Shown here one piece after another: positions 31,746 through 40,069 of a stretch of 64,000 nucleotides of DNA. The notes under the pieces are model-generated. The model did not search any database. It saw only the letters and a program-made list of their open reading frames with translations, and was not told the DNA's origin. The stretch is taken from IMG/VR virus record IMGVR_UViG_2675903599_000007. One strand, 5' to 3'. Position 1 is the first letter of the stretch, and each line of letters begins with the position of its first letter. This DNA comes from an uncultured virus (IMG/VR IMGVR_UViG_2675903599_000007) (taxonomy: Duplodnaviria > Heunggongvirae > Uroviricota > Caudoviricetes). Both the position numbers and the translations under genes were made by a program.

Positions 31746-33017
31746 TCAGAAACGGGCAACCGGCAGCTCCTTCCAGCGGGTGGTATATGCCGGTGACAGC
31801 ATCTCCCGTTTCATCTGCCAGTCCGGCGCAATACCCCGTCCGGCAAACCAGACTTTCCCGAGTCCGGAATGATTAATGCCGTCGAGTACCTTCATCAGCG
31901 CATCGCTGTGCGGCCGTGGCTGCACGTCATCGAACAGATTCAGCTGCGCGACGCCGTTCGGACTGAAATCATTGAGCATTATCCCCGCTTTTGCGTAGCG
32001 GTGGCCATCGAGCCAGATCCTGTCCAGAGACCTGACCGCTGCCGCGATAATGTCCCGGGTGTCACGGGTAGGGGTGTTCAGTTTTTCCGTGGCCACGTTA
32101 CCGTAATACGGCTCATTAACCGCAAAAGGGGATGTCTTGATGAAGGTGCTGATATGCCGGCAGTACTGTCGCTCACCGCGCAACTTTTCCGACGCGCGCT
32201 CGGCATACTGGCAGACGGCCTGGCGCATTTCTTCGTAGGTGGTGATCCGCTGCCCGAAGCTACGACTGCAGACAATCTGCTGTTTCGGCGGCGGCGCTTC
32301 CTCCAGTGAAATGCAACTCTCGCCGTTCAGCTCACGTACCGTGCGCTCCAGCACTACGTTGAAGTTTTTCCGGATAAATGTGGGGTTCGTCAGCGACAGC
32401 TGCAGGGCGGTGGTGATCCCCATAACGTGCAGCTTTTTCGCTATCCGGTTCCCCACGCCCCAGATTTCTTCCACCGGCTGCAGGCTGAGTAATTTTGCCG
32501 TTCTGCGTGGATTTTCGGGCGACAGCGCCAGTACCCCCCTGAATTGTGGCCATTCCTTTGACGCCCACTGCGCCGATTTGGCCAGTGTTTTTGTGGCGCC
32601 GAAGCCGACACCGATCGTCAGTCCGGTTCCACTGAGAACATGCCCACGCAGCTGCCTGCCAAAATCCTCCAGATCCATACAGTGGCCAATTCCCCGGGCA
32701 TCCAGGAAACATTCGTCAATTGAGTATTGTTCGACGCGGGGCGACAGCTCTTCCAGCAGGGCGACCACACGGTTACTCAGGCTCGCGTAGAGCTCGTAGT
32801 TGCTGGAAAAAACGTACAATTTTTCAGGAAACTGCGCCTCTTTGAGCTGGAACCAGGGGGTTCCCATCTTTATACCCAGCAGTTTGGCTTCAGCACTCCG
32901 GGCAATAACGCAGCCATCGTTGTTACTGAGAACGACGACAGGTTTGCCGCGCAAATCCGGCCTGAAAACCTTCTCGCAACTGGCGTAGAAGGAGTTGACG
33001 TCAGCCAGGGCGAACAT
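31746..33017 (-). CDS. umuC: Y-family DNA polymerase V subunit UmuC
   Basis: [31 protein letters not shown] clamp motif, LSPAYTTRW. Confidence 0.96.
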   Translation of the reverse strand: MFALADVNSFYASCEKVFRPDLRGKPVVVLSNNDGCVIARSAEAKLLGIKMGTPWFQLKEAQFPEKLYVFSSNYELYASLSNRVVALLEELSPRVEQYSIDECFLDARGIGHCMDLEDFGRQLRGHVLSGTGLTIGVGFGATKTLAKSAQWASKEWPQFRGVLALSPENPRRTAKLLSLQPVEEIWGVGNRIAKKLHVMGITTALQLSLTNPTFIRKNFNVVLERTVRELNGESCISLEEAPPPKQQIVCSRSFGQRITTYEEMRQAVCQYAERASEKLRGERQYCRHISTFIKTSPFAVNEPYYGNVATEKLNTPTRDTRDIIAAAVRSLDRIWLDGHRYAKAGIMLNDFSPNGVAQLNLFDDVQPRPHSDALMKVLDGINHSGLGKVWFAGRGIAPDWQMKREMLSPAYTTRWKELPVARF

Positions 33018-33442
33018 CAGTCTGCCCTCCGGGTTTTATGAATGAAGGCTGTCACCACGCCGAAAATTTGCAGCGTTTCCGGATCCGGGTACAGGGAAGG
33101 GAAGTCCGGGTTCATCGCCTGCAGGGCTGGCCGCGGCGTCAGAAGCAGGCGTTTTACCGTAAATTCACCCTCAATTTCCGCGATAACAATATCCCCGTGC
33201 CGCGGCTGTTCTGCTTTATCCACGACCAACAGATCGCCGGAATAGAGGCCAATATCAGTCATTGAGTTGCCAATCGCCCTGACAAAATAGGTGGAGTGGC
33301 GCCGGTGAATGCAGTACTCATTCAGATCCAGTTCAGACTCAGTGTAGTCTGATGCCGGTGACGGAAAACCCGCAGGGCATCGCTCTGTGAACAAAGGAAT
33401 TTTTACTATGCTGGCTTCTGATACTGCAGGAATGAACTTCAT
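33017..33442 (-). CDS. umuD: UmuD (S24 autopeptidase)
   Basis: AGFPSPA cleavage site; GNSM serine and TVKRL lysine. Confidence 0.95.
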   Translation of the reverse strand: MKFIPAVSEASIVKIPLFTERCPAGFPSPASDYTESELDLNEYCIHRRHSTYFVRAIGNSMTDIGLYSGDLLVVDKAEQPRHGDIVIAEIEGEFTVKRLLLTPRPALQAMNPDFPSLYPDPETLQIFGVVTAFIHKTRRAD

Positions 33443-33463
33443 CGTTTTTTTCCTCGCTTAAAG

Positions 33464-33479
33464 CTGTATATNTATACAG
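33464..33479. promoter_or_regulatory. LexA (SOS) box of umuDC
   Basis: CTGTATATNTATACAG, 21 bp upstream of the umuD ATG. Confidence 0.92.
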
Positions 33480-33480
33480 T

Positions 33481-35390
33481 GTGCGCCGGGAGACCGGTTA
33501 GAGATCAAGGGGTGAAAGTCCCCGACCATTGAAGGACCAGCAATCCACAAGGTCCCCGAGTCATGCGTTGCATACCGCGAGGTATGGGGCGAAGCGTTGA
33601 CAGGGGTGTTGACAGGCCAGCCATTGAGCCACGAAATGTATATTAAATTACCGGGTGCCGACGTTGTACTGTTAACGGAAGGCAACATCATAGGGTGCGA
33701 TACTGCGAGTGCCACATGGACCCGGCGGGGTCTGAGACCCTGGCATGTCAATACGATCTCTACGCGGGAACCGGGAGATCTCCCCTCTGACCATCTGCCA
33801 GTGTCGGAGATGGCCCGCACCGGGAAGACGAGGAGTCATAGCCGGTGATGTACGGAGAGGAGAAGTCGGACTCGCTCATAGTAGCGGCGAAGCAGGCGAA
33901 CAACCCGAAAGGAGCGGAGTCAGTGGAGCGAAGGAGCGGGGCCAAGGGGAACGCGGAACAGCCACACATGCGCCGGACACAGAGCCGGGAAAGCATGTCA
34001 CAGAGGCTGTCACGCGTGCGGGAAGCTGCGAAGCAGCGGAAGAAAGAACGGTTTACAGCATTGTTCCACCTGCTGACAGTCGAAGCACTGGAAGCCGCAT
34101 TCCTCTCCCTGAGCAGGAAAGCGGCCGCCGGAGTGGATGGCATCAGGTGGATGGACTACGCCGGAAACATGAAGAACAACATAACAGATCTGCACCGGAG
34201 GCTACATCAGGGCAGCTACAGGGCGCAGCCCGGCAGGCGTCACTACATCCCAAAAGCGGATGGAAAACAACGCCCGCTCGGCATCGCCTCGCTGGAGGAC
34301 AAGATCGTCCAGTATGCGCTGGTGAAAATCCTGAACGCAGTCTATGAAAACGACTTTATGGGGTTCTCATACGGGTTCAGACCCGGGCGAAGCCAGCACG
34401 ATGCACTGGACGCACTGGCCACAGGGCTGGTACGCACTAACGTAAACTGGGTACTGGATGCCGACATCAGTCAGTTCTTCGACAGGGTGAGCCACGAATG
34501 GCTGATCAGGTTCACAGAGCATCGGATCGGCGACCGGAGGGTAATCAGGCTCATACGTAAGTGGCTCACAGCCGGGACGTCGGAGGAGGGTCAATGGCGA
34601 GCAACGGAGGAAGGCACCCCACAGGGTGCGGTCATCTCACCGCTGCTGGCAAACATATACCTCCACTACGTCTTCGATCTGTGGGCGCATCAGTGGCGAC
34701 GTCGCTATGCCACAGGCAATGTGGTAATGGTCAGATACGCCGATGACATCGTCATCGGGTTCGACAAACGATACGATGCCCGGCGCTTCCGTATAGCCAT
34801 GCAGCGCAGACTGAGGGAGTTCGGACTCACGGTTCACCCGGAGAAAACCCGTCTGATGGAGTTCGGCCGCTTCGCTGCCGAAAACCGTGCCATCAGGGGA
34901 AAAGGCAAACCAGAAACGTTCAACTTCCTCGGGTTCACGCACATCAGCGGGAAAGATCGCAACGGCAGGTTCATGCTGATACGAAANACCCGCCGGGATC
35001 GGATGACGGCAACTCTGAAAGCCATCAAAGACGGTCTGCGAAGGCGCTGGCATTACTCAATCCCCGAACAGGGAAAATGGCTCAGGAGAGTGGTTCAGGG
35101 ATACCTGAACTATCACTCGGTACCGGGCAACTTCCCCACCATGCAGAAGTTCAGGACACACGTAACAAACCTCTGGCGCCGGGCGCTCAGGCGCAGGAGC
35201 CAGAAGGATGATACGACCTGGACGAAAGCAAACAAACTGGCAGCCGCATGGCTACCAAGGGTTCGGGTTCTTCATCCATGGCCTGTGGAGCGGTTCACCG
35301 CCAGACACCCGAGGCAGGAGCCCGGTGCGTAAATCGCGCACGCCGGGATCTGTGCGGGGGGTATCCGGTAACGGGTATCCCTACCGCGAC
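33481..35390 (+). mobile_element. Group II intron, 1910 nt (IIB-like, probably bacterial class E)
   Basis: 5' GTGCG; domain V GAGCCCGGTGCGTAAATCGCGCACGCCGGGATC near 35318; domain VI ending CCTACCGCGAC; internal RT ORF. Confidence 0.93.
33848..35332 (+). CDS. ltrA: Group II intron reverse transcriptase/maturase, no En domain
   Basis: IPKADGKQRPLGI, SYGFRPGR, GTPQGAVISPLLANIYL, RYADD, FNFLGF; maturase GYLNYH. Confidence 0.95.
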   Translation: MYGEEKSDSLIVAAKQANNPKGAESVERRSGAKGNAEQPHMRRTQSRESMSQRLSRVREAAKQRKKERFTALFHLLTVEALEAAFLSLSRKAAAGVDGIRWMDYAGNMKNNITDLHRRLHQGSYRAQPGRRHYIPKADGKQRPLGIASLEDKIVQYALVKILNAVYENDFMGFSYGFRPGRSQHDALDALATGLVRTNVNWVLDADISQFFDRVSHEWLIRFTEHRIGDRRVIRLIRKWLTAGTSEEGQWRATEEGTPQGAVISPLLANIYLHYVFDLWAHQWRRRYATGNVVMVRYADDIVIGFDKRYDARRFRIAMQRRLREFGLTVHPEKTRLMEFGRFAAENRAIRGKGKPETFNFLGFTHISGKDRNGRFMLIRXTRRDRMTATLKAIKDGLRRRWHYSIPEQGKWLRRVVQGYLNYHSVPGNFPTMQKFRTHVTNLWRRALRRRSQKDDTTWTKANKLAAAWLPRVRVLHPWPVERFTARHPRQEPGA

Positions 35391-35430
35391 ATTCAATGTA
35401 TTTTTTACTTAGGAGCATACATGTTCATGA

Positions 35431-36375
35431 TTAATCTGTTTCTTTATCACTTCCAGTTACTTTAACTTTGTCTTTGATTGTATTCAAAAATGACGCAAAG
35501 CTCGGTGGTTGCTCTGTCTGACCTGAAAATGCAGAGTCACCTGAAATATTCCAATCCTTAAAGACTTCTATTGCATCCTCTTTAGTTGCTGTAGAACCGT
35601 ATATCTGCAAAAAAACTTGACCAAACATCAAAGCATGTCGACGATCTTTTCGCCTGATCGATTCATGTGTGTACTTTTTTGAGTTACTAAGGCAGATATA
35701 TGATAGCCATGAAAGAATGGCGATTCCAACTAATCCTCGCGTGAAGATATATATTAACTGAAGGTTAGTGAGATTTTTTAAATCTAAGTTCATGTATAAT
35801 GTAAAAAAAGCAGATATTACCGCAAGGAAGCCAAAAAATACCCCAGCAATAGACCAGATAATAGACATCAATATAAAATGTTTGTCATCACTAGCAAGAT
35901 CTGATTTAACATCGTTAACATAGGTGGGGATTTTTTCATCGATTCTTTGTTGCTGTACTTGGCTACGGAGTTCCTTATTTTCACTAATCAAAGAATTAAC
36001 TTGTTTTACGTTTTTTTCGATTATTGCGTTTTTTCTATTAAGATCCTGAGTATAATGCTCTAACTGTAGAGTTAATATGCTGTTTCGTTCTTCTAATTGT
36101 ATTATATGTTCTACATAATTATTAGGTTCAAGTGATTTTACATTTTTTCTTTTATTAGTTTCATTTTCATTTATATTGGGTTCTTCATCCATCTGTGGCC
36201 TAGTCATGTATTTTTCAATTAGTGCTAGGTTATTATGAGCTTCAGAAAACTCTCCTGCTTCTATTAAGTTTTTTATATGAGAGTAGAAGTGTTTTGCTAT
36301 ATTTTCAGACTGTGAATTAAGCAAGTCTAATAGGTGTTTTTTTATTTCGCTATCTTTATTGGTTGGTTCAGTCAT
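35431..36375 (-). CDS. AT-rich accessory protein, coiled coil plus two TM segments
   Basis: 314 aa, 11 bp downstream of cI; heptad-rich middle then two hydrophobic helices. Confidence 0.8.
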   Translation of the reverse strand: MTEPTNKDSEIKKHLLDLLNSQSENIAKHFYSHIKNLIEAGEFSEAHNNLALIEKYMTRPQMDEEPNINENETNKRKNVKSLEPNNYVEHIIQLEERNSILTLQLEHYTQDLNRKNAIIEKNVKQVNSLISENKELRSQVQQQRIDEKIPTYVNDVKSDLASDDKHFILMSIIWSIAGVFFGFLAVISAFFTLYMNLDLKNLTNLQLIYIFTRGLVGIAILSWLSYICLSNSKKYTHESIRRKDRRHALMFGQVFLQIYGSTATKEDAIEVFKDWNISGDSAFSGQTEQPPSFASFLNTIKDKVKVTGSDKETD

Positions 36376-36386
36376 GATGTTTCTCT

Positions 36387-37322
36387 TTATACATTTTTAG
36401 TAAAAACTCTTTTACATTTTGCCAAAACGATAATGTCAGTAAGTAAGCATTCAAAACTTGCGTTAGTGCCTACAACTTTAACCATACCAACGGGTATGCG
36501 AGTCAAATCTTTGATGCTTATTTTCCCTTCAATATTCACAAGCCACTTGCCATCAGTAACTTCATTAAATTTTGATTCTACAATATATATTTCCTCATCA
36601 ATGAATACTGCTAAAGGTTGCAGAAAGGTTCCTTCTAACAACTTAGAGTCAAAAGTCAAAACGGTTTCTTGAGCAAGAGATCCATCAATTATTTTATGAT
36701 ATGGGATAGTGATAGTATTGATTCGAGGCTTTTCAAACATTGCCCCGTTACCAGTGGTTAGCCATGTTAATGAAGCACCAGTTTCCAGTGAGCATTGAAT
36801 AATCCAGTCAGCAGGAAAGGTATCTCTCATGTAACGATTGGCTAATGTACTTTTTGATACACCAATATGATCAGCTAAAGCTTGTCTTGTCTTAAATCCA
36901 TAAGCCAAAACGATTCGCTCTATTGCTGCTTTTCCGCCTTGGTTAATAGTAAAAAAGTTCTCATTTTGGATGTCTTGTTCTCTATTGAGATGTTGATGCT
37001 TGCTGTCACAATTGTTGTGACTTTTTTCTGCATTATTTGTAATTCTTCCCTTCTCTGTATCAGTGCCAAATGCCAACCACTCGACCGGCACTCCAGTCTC
37101 CATGCTACAGATAACGACCCAATCAGCAGGGAAAGTGTCACGGGCATACCTGTTCGCCATTGTACTTTGCGATATACCTAGGTGATTACAGAATGCTTGT
37201 CGGGAAGAAAAACCATAGGCTTTCAGTATCCGAGCTATAACCGATTGCCCTCCGCGATTCTGCATGATTAAGGATTTCTTTTTTTCGTCCACATGGCGAA
37301 ATGTGATTTCGTGTGTTGACAT
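36387..37322 (-). CDS. cI: Phage 186-type CI repressor with two tandem HTH domains
   Basis: AYGF..RQA...H.G.S.ST.ANRY.RDTFPADW...CS.ETG occurs twice; C-terminal DGKWLVNIEG...RIP. Confidence 0.88.
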   Translation of the reverse strand: MSTHEITFRHVDEKKKSLIMQNRGGQSVIARILKAYGFSSRQAFCNHLGISQSTMANRYARDTFPADWVVICSMETGVPVEWLAFGTDTEKGRITNNAEKSHNNCDSKHQHLNREQDIQNENFFTINQGGKAAIERIVLAYGFKTRQALADHIGVSKSTLANRYMRDTFPADWIIQCSLETGASLTWLTTGNGAMFEKPRINTITIPYHKIIDGSLAQETVLTFDSKLLEGTFLQPLAVFIDEEIYIVESKFNEVTDGKWLVNIEGKISIKDLTRIPVGMVKVVGTNASFECLLTDIIVLAKCKRVFTKNV

Positions 37323-37410
37323 AACCGATTTGTGATCCTATTCTCCGAAATGTGAAGTTGAAGCCACGATTAAAACTGACTCACCACAAGCCAATAGGAG
37401 ATGTTGCATC

Positions 37411-37632
37411 ATGACCCCTAACATTTCAATAACCCTGAATACGCCACATGTCACAATTGAGCGTTATAGCGAACTTACTGGTCTTTCAATCGACACAATT
37501 AACGATATGCTGGCTGACGGTCGCATCCCTCGGCATCGCCTTCGGAAAGACAAGAAAAGAGAAAAGGTGATGATCAACCTTGCTGCTCTTACCGTTGATG
37601 CACTTACTGATTGCAATGTTGTATTCAACTAG
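37411..37632 (+). CDS. Apl/Cox-like regulator/excisionase
   Basis: [30 protein letters not shown], divergent from cI. Confidence 0.8.
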   Translation: MTPNISITLNTPHVTIERYSELTGLSIDTINDMLADGRIPRHRLRKDKKREKVMINLAALTVDALTDCNVVFN

Positions 37633-37664
37633 TTCCATTTTGGGATGCATCAGGGGTGTCGACC

Positions 37665-38174
37665 ATGTTTGATTACCAAGTTTCCAAACATCCACATTTT
37701 GATGAAGCCTGTCGTGCATTCGCATTGCGCCACAACCTGGTGCAACTGGCAGAACGTGCTGGCATGAATGTGCAGATTCTGCGGAACAAGCTGAACCCAG
37801 CTCAACCTCATTTATTAACCGCACCAGAAATCTGGCTGCTTACCGATCTGACTGAAGATTCAACGCTGGTAGATGGTTTTCTGGCACAGATTCATTGTCT
37901 GCCATGTGTACCGATTAATGAGGTGGCAAAAGAGAAACTGCCACATTACGTCATGAGTGCAACCGCAGAGATCGGGCGTGTTGCAGCAGGTGCGGTATCT
38001 GGCGATGTAAAAACCAGTGCAGGTCGTCGTGATGCTATCAGCAGCATTAACTCTGTAACACGACTGATGGCGCTGGCCGCTGTTTCATTGCAGGCCCGTT
38101 TACAGGCTAATCCTGCGATGGCGAGTGCAGTTGATACCGTGACTGGCCTCGGTGCTTCATTCGGTTTGCTGTGA
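37665..38174 (+). CDS. cII: Phage regulatory CII
   Basis: [20 protein letters not shown]...LRNKLNP. Confidence 0.87.
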   Translation: MFDYQVSKHPHFDEACRAFALRHNLVQLAERAGMNVQILRNKLNPAQPHLLTAPEIWLLTDLTEDSTLVDGFLAQIHCLPCVPINEVAKEKLPHYVMSATAEIGRVAAGAVSGDVKTSAGRRDAISSINSVTRLMALAAVSLQARLQANPAMASAVDTVTGLGASFGLL

Positions 38175-38181
38175 GGTGCTT

Positions 38182-38382
38182 ATGCTGACGAAAGAACCAT
38201 CATTTGCATCGCTGCTGGTAAAACAAAGTCCGGCAATGCACTACGGGCACGGCTGGATCATGGGTGAGGATGGTAAACGCTGGCATCCGTGCCGTTCACA
38301 AGATGAATTGCTGGCAGAACTATCTACGAAAAAACAGGGGAACAAATGGCTATTGAAGGCGCTGCGGCGACTGTTCCATTAA
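38182..38382 (+). CDS. Phage early protein (Fil/DUF2724-like)
   Basis: PSFASLL...YGHGWI...GKRWHP. Confidence 0.75.
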   Translation: MLTKEPSFASLLVKQSPAMHYGHGWIMGEDGKRWHPCRSQDELLAELSTKKQGNKWLLKALRRLFH

Positions 38383-38687
38383 GCCCCGGTGAACGCCTGA
38401 ACGGACTTAATCACATTGCGGAATTAAGGGCGAAAGTATTTGGCCTGAATATTGAGTCAGAGCTTGAGCGGTTTATTAAAGATATGCGTGATCCACGGGA
38501 TATCAATAATGAACAAAATAAACGGGCACTGGCTGCCATATTCTTTATGGCAAAAATCCCAGCTGAACGTCATAGCATCAGCATTAATGAGCTGACCACT
38601 GACGAAAAGCGGGAGCTGATTAAAGCAATGAATCATTTTCGTGCAGTGGTGAGCTTATTTCCCAGACGGCTAACCATGCCGAATTAA
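38346..38687 (+). CDS. Phage early protein (DUF5347-like)
   Basis: GLNHIAELRAKVF...LAAIFFMAKIP; conserved position. Confidence 0.7.
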   Translation: MAIEGAAATVPLSPGERLNGLNHIAELRAKVFGLNIESELERFIKDMRDPRDINNEQNKRALAAIFFMAKIPAERHSISINELTTDEKRELIKAMNHFRAVVSLFPRRLTMPN

Positions 38688-38754
38688 CCAACTAATGAAA
38701 TTCATGGCGTAAACCCGCCGGGCATCCCTTTATCTAAATTCAGGAGAATTGATT

Positions 38755-38988
38755 ATGCGTAGTATTGAAACCCTCACGACTAAAACCGGACCGGATGATG
38801 CAGGGCTTAATATTTTACTGACAGAGGCTCGTCTGGAAGACCGCCGGGCAAGGGCTGAAGCAATGGCAGCTCGCCTTGATAGCCTGGCGTGTCATATCAC
38901 ATCCCGCCAGCTAAACCACGTCGAAGCGGCAGAACTGCTGCGTGTGACTGCTGAAGCAATCCAGAACGAAGCGCAGGAGATCCACTGA
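38755..38988 (+). CDS. Phage protein (DUF2732-like)
   Basis: LLTEARLE.RRARA...EAAELLR; AGGAG RBS. Confidence 0.75.
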   Translation: MRSIETLTTKTGPDDAGLNILLTEARLEDRRARAEAMAARLDSLACHITSRQLNHVEAAELLRVTAEAIQNEAQEIH

Positions 38989-39215
38989 TGGCTGATGCAA
39001 TGGATCTCGTACAGCAGCGCGTTGAAGAAGAACGCCAGCGTCATATCCGTACTGCCCGCGCCAAAACGCCGGGCGTATCCCGCGTGCTTTGCATTGAGTG
39101 TGAAGCACCAATTCCGCCAGCACGACGTCGCGCCATTCCGGGTGTGCAGCTTTGCATTACCTGTCAGGAAATCGCAGAGCTGAAAGGCAAACATTACAAC
39201 GGAGGTGCTGTATGA
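38988..39215 (+). CDS. TraR/DksA C4 zinc-finger protein
   Basis: MADAMD...CIEC..PIP.ARR.AIPGVQLCITCQ. Confidence 0.88.
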   Translation: MADAMDLVQQRVEEERQRHIRTARAKTPGVSRVLCIECEAPIPPARRRAIPGVQLCITCQEIAELKGKHYNGGAV

Positions 39216-40069
39216 GCACCATCCTGAAATGGGCGGGTAATAAAACCGCCATTATGCCAGAACTGAAAAAATACCTTCCTGCTGGCCCGCGACTGGTTGA
39301 ACCTTTCGCGGGTTCTTGTGCTGTGATGATAGAGACGGATTACCCCAGCTATCTTGTTGCGGATATTAATCCTGATTTAATCAACCTCTATAAAAAGGTT
39401 GCTGCTGATTGCGAGGCGTTTATATCTCGTGCCAGAGCTTTATTTGAGGAAGCAAACAGGGAGGTGGCTTATTACAACATAAGGCAGGAGTTTAATTACT
39501 CCACTGAAATTACTGATTTCATGAAAGCGGTATATTTCCTGTATCTCAATCGTCATGGTTACCGTGGGTTATGTCGCTATAACAAGAGCGGGCATTTCAA
39601 CATTCCCTATGGGAATTATAAAAATCCGTATTTCCCTGAAAAAGAAATTCGCAAATTTGCAGAAAAAGCCCAGCGAGCAACGTTTATCTGCGCCAGCTTT
39701 GATGAAACGCTGGCGATGTTGAAGGCGGGGGATGTGGTGTATTGCGATCCGCCTTATTACGGTACGTTTTCCGGCTATCACACTGATGGCTTCACTAAGG
39801 ATGACCAGTATCACCTGGCATCCGTTCTTGAACATCGATCATCTGAAGGTCATCCGGTCATTGTTTCTAACAGTGACACATCCCTGATTCGTTCGCTGTA
39901 TCGCAATTTCACTCACCACTACATCAAGGCAAAACGCAGCATCGGCGTGTCGGCTGGCGAGAGTAAATCTGCAACAGAAATCATTGCTGTTTCCGGGGCG
40001 CGCTGCTGGGTGGGATTTGCTCCTTCGCGTGGCGTAGATAGTTCTGCTGTGTACGAGGTGCGTGTATGA
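39212..40069 (+). CDS. dam: Phage DNA adenine methylase (Dam family)
   Basis: LKWAGNK, VEPFAGS, YCDPPY. Confidence 0.92.
   Translation: MSTILKWAGNKTAIMPELKKYLPAGPRLVEPFAGSCAVMIETDYPSYLVADINPDLINLYKKVAADCEAFISRARALFEEANREVAYYNIRQEFNYSTEITDFMKAVYFLYLNRHGYRGLCRYNKSGHFNIPYGNYKNPYFPEKEIRKFAEKAQRATFICASFDETLAMLKAGDVVYCDPPYYGTFSGYHTDGFTKDDQYHLASVLEHRSSEGHPVIVSNSDTSLIRSLYRNFTHHYIKAKRSIGVSAGESKSATEIIAVSGARCWVGFAPSRGVDSSAVYEVRV

Noticed and set aside
33845..35332. RT as a retron, DGR or defence RT
   Set aside because: GTGCG start, domains V and VI and a maturase domain identify a group II intron.
35391..35430. Prophage attL or integrase
   Set aside because: Only 40 bp separate the intron from the accessory gene; no int or att core is recognisable.
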